Shown: in pieces, positions 50,157 through 54,314 of the stretch
Layout of the letters: the number at the start of each line of letters is the position of its first letter
Position numbering within the stretch: the first letter of the stretch is position 1
The notes under the pieces: generated by a model
What the model was told of the DNA's origin: nothing
The model's input: the letters and a program-made list of their open reading frames with translations, nothing else
Databases searched by the model: none
Source of the DNA: Chromera velia
Lineage: Eukaryota
Assembly: GCA_018398765.1 (NCBI GenBank)
Contig: JAHBMJ010000222.1
Location: 1-54,314, forward strand
DNA length: 54,314 bases
Direction: 5' to 3'
Position numbers and translations under genes: made by a program

Positions 50157-50530
50157 CCGTGTTCTCCACAGCTTCACCGCGTTCTAGACCACGTTTTCTT
50201 CAGATGACCGCTGGAGAGCTTCTGGAAGCTCCTCACTCGTCGCGGTAACGGGATTTCAAAACCAGATCTCCGATTTCAACACATCAGATACTAAGTCTGT
50301 CACTCTGAGACGGTTACCCTTTCTTGGTAAACACTTCAAATTCCTTTCGGGGTTCAAAGTACTTCTCAATATGCTCTGTGGATTCCACCCCCAACGTCTT
50401 CAGAAAGATGATTGAGCGTTTTTTCATGTATGCCGCGTCCCCAGAAAGAACTGTGAAACTGACTCCGCAAGGGCCGTATCTTCAAGGAAGTCCGACACGG
50501 CGATTCGCAAACGAGCGTCAAAAGGCAGGC
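50157..50530 (-). pseudogene. Decayed exon-like fragment, unknown family
   Basis: One frame reads protein-like (YMKKRSIIFLKTLGVESTEHIEKYFEPRKEFEVF) with four TGA/TAG stops, between plausible AG and GT sites. Confidence 0.4.
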
Positions 50531-50767
50531 TGGACATTTTGGGAAAAGAAAAGAACACAGACACGGTCAGACCGAATTCGCCAGCCTAAGAGTAGGTGCT
50601 GACCGTAGCGGATCGACATACAGTAGCAGGCCAGAAGACCAAGACGTTTTTCAGACAGCTTTTGCACCGAAATGCATGCATGCATGCATGTATGCATGCA
50701 AACAGATTGCAAACAGCTGCATGATGGAGCTGTGCATGGGCTTAATTTGCAAGCTAGAGATGGCACA

Positions 50768-50897
50768 GTCGGGCTTTAGCATGGCCGCGTCTTTGACATG
50801 CGGTCGGGCTTTGGCATGACCGCACCTTCGGCACGGTCAGGCTTTGGCATGGCCACGCCTTCGGCACGGTCGGGCTTTGGCAAGGCGCCCGGGCTTT
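50768..50897. repeat. ~31-bp GC-rich tandem repeat (GTCGGGCTTTGGCATGGCCGCGCCTTCGGCAC), about 4 copies
   Basis: Direct reading of the sequence. Confidence 0.85.
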
Positions 50898-51859
50898 GAC
50901 AGCCGCTCCGGATCAACTATAGGAAGCCTTCTTGGAGGTATTTGGTATATATTTTTTTTTGTTATTTTTGATGATCGAGAGTTTTGTTATGCATACCGCA
51001 TCCCCACATATGAGGGGCGGATCTAGCCTAATTTATCCAAAGGTTCCACTTTTTTCTTGCTAGTCGATTCTAGGATGTTTTAGGAACAAGCTTATTAATC
51101 ACTTTCAATGTGCAGCTTATCACTTATAGCTTCAACGGCACGATAGAAAAACCAAAGAGGGAGATCAGAGGTAGTACGAAACCTTGATAATTTCTTTTTC
51201 CCTTGGCAAAAGCTATCTTTTATTAAGAGAGAAAAACCTTTATTAGGGAAGGACCCGACCCATCTACCTCTTTTCTGCTTAACCTCTTTCTCCACCCAAA
51301 AGCTCCTGAGCTTGTTTCCTCCCCCTCTAATTCACCTTTCTTTCTAAATTTTTTTTCTTTTCTCTTACTTTCTTTTCAATCAGTCAGTCGATCTTTGCAT
51401 ACCAAGAAAAAGCCATTCACTTTGCACCGTCCGAGTTCGAAGACCCGTTTTTGCTGAAATACTGTTTGGTATTGTTTGGCGGTGGCGGTATCGGCAGCGG
51501 TATAGGCGGCGAGGCAACATCATGGCCCCGGAAAGCGAAGTGGGGGGCACTTACTAAACAGTTCCCTGAGCCCACACATGCATGCAGCTTTCATAAAAAA
51601 AAAAAGGCCTCGGGAAGCTTGGCTCCCAATTGGCTTAGAAAAGCGTACGTCAGAATAGGCCACGTGCGGCGGCGCTTGAAACCAATCGCAATCCCCCCCC
51701 CTTCCCCGGCCCCTACTTCTCTCTCTCGCAAAAGATGCGAAGAAGAAAAAGAAAGAAGAAAAGAAAGTCCCCCACCTTCCTTTTCCGAGAGAAGAAGAGA
51801 AGAAGCTTCTAGAGAAGGTGCAAAGAAGAGAAGGAAAGAAGAAGAGAAATAGAAAATCG

Positions 51860-52270
51860 TCGGTCCGTCTCCTTACCAGCCTGCTTTTTTGCTTTCAGCA
51901 CGTTTGTCTGCTTTCTGTTTCCCCGCCTCCTTCTTGCCTGCTTGCTGCTTTCGTTTCAACACGCTCGTCTGCATTTCGTCTGCCCGTCTCCTGCTTGCCT
52001 GCTTGTTTTTTTCCTTCCAGCACGTCCGCCTACGTTCTGTCTGCCCGTCTCCTTACTGCATGTTCGTTCGTTTCTTTTCAGCATGCTTGCCTCAGTTTCG
52101 TCAGCCTGCATTGTGCCTGCCCGTCTCCTTTCCTCCAGGACGCTGAGCCGCATCTTGTCTGACCGCCTCGTTCTTGCGCGCGTGCATCTTTCTTTCCAGT
52201 ATGTCATCCTGCATTATGTATTTCCGTCTCTTTTTGGCCGGCTTACTTCTATATTTCCAGCGCGCCCAGC
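51860..52270. repeat. Degenerate ~60-65-bp tandem repeat (CAGCACG...GTCTGCCCGTCTCCT)
   Basis: Recurring TTCAGCA(C/T)G and GCCCGTCTCC cores. Confidence 0.65.
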
Positions 52271-52335
52271 TCAATTTTGTCTGCAAAGAGAGAGAAAGGG
52301 AAAGAAGAGAAAGACAGAACAGAGGGAGAGAAGAG

Positions 52336-52374
<39 letters not shown>

Positions 52375-53289
52375 ACGGGGGAGAGAGAGACCCCTTCTTT
52401 CTCTCTTTCCGTCCCGCGTCTTATGGGTCTTTGTCTTCGAAATCAAGAGCAATGAGATGATGGTCGCTGATCTTAAAACGGATGAACTCAACGTAGTGAA
52501 CGTATTTTAAAGATTGCTCTATAATAAATGAAATCAATGTTTAAACCATAGTAAGCATTAAGGAGTCATTTGTTGATTAAGTCTTTGCATTAATGTTTTT
52601 TAATTCAATGATATAACAAGTTATAAAATTTGTTGATAAATTTGTTTATAGATTTAGTCCTGTAAATTTCAGATCCATTATAAATATTTTTTTGGCTTTC
52701 TATATAAAAAATAAAGGATAGTTCACATAAGAAAATTAATTATGTCATAGATTCATTTAAATTTTCTTAAATTTAGTCTTCATTCTACCGTATTTTTTAA
52801 GAAAAACACACATTAAATCTTTTATACGTCTGGATAACGCCAGGTAACACCTAGTAACGCCTCCACCCTGACTCTACCTGAATCTAGCCCTGACTGTATG
52901 TGAGTGCAACTTTCTGCGTGGCGTCAATCAGCTACATATAGCATGGCACTGCGTGAACCAGTTATAATTTTTCTTGCTTTCCGGGGCCGTTCGCAAGCTT
53001 GCTTGCATCAGATTGCATGCATGCGGCGACGATCGATCGACGCTCAAAGTTCAATTAAGGCGCTGCAAGCGCCGCCATGCCGCTCGGCAGGGCTTGCGGC
53101 TTCTTGCACGCAGATGCCGAGCTATAGCTCTATACCATCTTCAGAGCGGATCTGCACGTCTGCCACAGTTTCATGCATGAACATTCAGTGTTTGCAAATG
53201 TCACCGTTGAAATGTGTAGACAGGAGAAAGGATGCACCGCGCAACAAAATAGGCTTTTCAGTCTATTGCAGCGATTTGTGGAGAAAAAC

Positions 53290-53985
53290 ATGTTCGGTCT
53301 TTCCGTCTCCCGTCTCCTCTGCCTCCTGCCCCTCTCCAGCTGTGCTCCGCTCGCCTTCCTCTCCGGCTGGCGCCAGTGCTTGTCGCCATATGGTCAGAGG
53401 AGGACTTACTCTCAAACGGGGGTTAACGGAGCCTCCTTCCTGCGAGAGCTCTTCCCGTCTCCTCTGTCGGCCTCGAGGGAGGCATCCAGCGGCTCCCTTC
53501 ACCCCGAGACCAAATACGTTCTCAGGATTTCTGTACATAATAGCGCGAACACATATGAAACTTACAGTGTTGGTGGCAAAGAGGGGGGGATTGAGAGGAC
53601 CTGGGTTCATTTCTCCGACGGTACCAGCTTCCACGCAATGCAGTACTCAGGGGGAAGTTATTCTTCATGGGAAAGTGCTCAGTGGGTCGATATCGACTCC
53701 TCCGTGCCGACGCCCCGCTACCACCCAATGTACTACCGGCCAACCCGACCTATCTACAGTCCAAAAATAAAGTACAAGGCCCAGTGCCTTGTAGCGAAAA
53801 CCCGGGCGGTCGGCAAGGGGAGAGAAGAATTCGAAATCGACATCCTCTCGTAGGCGTAGAACACCTGTGCGTACTACCCTTTCGACTGGTGTAGACGGGA
53901 CTTTATGGAGAGCCCCTACTTTAAGGCCGACGTGAGAAGTCGAGGAGACAACCGTGTGGCCTTCCTTCTTCTGATAGACGATCAG
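53290..53985 (+). pseudogene. Possible secreted protein exon with premature stops
   Basis: Signal-like MFGLSVSRLLCLLPLSSCA. The frame stays protein-like past TAG stops at 53851 and 53857 up to a CAG|GT donor near 53985. Confidence 0.4.
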
Positions 53986-54079
53986 GTCCCTCTCTCTTTT
54001 AAATTGTCTGTGCCTCTTTCTTTATCTTCTCTTCTTTTGACGGACGATCTAGCGAACGATAAGGGACACGTGTGCTTAT

Positions 54080-54104
54080 ATGTGTATGTGTATGTGTGTG
54101 TGTG

Positions 54105-54175
<71 letters not shown>

Positions 54176-54279
54176 TCGTATGTGTGTATGTGTGTGTGCG
54201 TGTGCGTATGCGTGTGAGTGTGAGTGTGTGTGTGAGTGAGTGTGTGGGTGTGTGTGAGTGTGAGTGTGAGTGTGAGTCT

Positions 54280-54314
<35 letters not shown>
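54080..54314. repeat. (TG)n microsatellite
   Basis: Direct reading. Confidence 0.98.

Noticed and set aside
48019..50248. His/Pro/Ser-rich ORFs
   Set aside because: Translations of the (CCAT)n satellite.

Overview
Eukaryotic, intron-containing draft genomic sequence with several N gaps. The microsatellite-filled introns and abundant TGCATGCA motifs suggest a chromerid/apicomplexan relative such as Chromera; this is an inference. Three apparently intact host genes are visible: a multi-exon F-box protein gene (minus, 7057-13277), a 6-exon radical-SAM tRNA wyosine synthase TYW1 lacking the flavodoxin domain and carrying a mitochondrial-like presequence (minus, 40479-45650), and a divergent tail-anchored GNAT-like gene (46397-47011). 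Most of the rest is decayed transposons: a gag-only Ty3/gypsy LTR element with a TIR element nested in one LTR, a DIRS-like gag/RT/RNase H element with apparent spliceosomal introns, a CRE-like non-LTR RT remnant, MITEs with CTAG termini and 8-bp TSDs, and satellites. The standout is at 1-5565. An intron-containing Transib/RAG1-core-like transposase lies tail-to-tail, 20 bp apart, with a second spliced gene of unknown family, followed by a CACAAT-type candidate terminus. This is a ProtoRAG-like layout in a probable protist. Transposon ORFs across the window are mostly interrupted by stops explicable as single C>T/G>A transitions, suggesting RIP-like or methylation-driven hypermutation. All homology calls come from motif recognition by eye; no searches were run.
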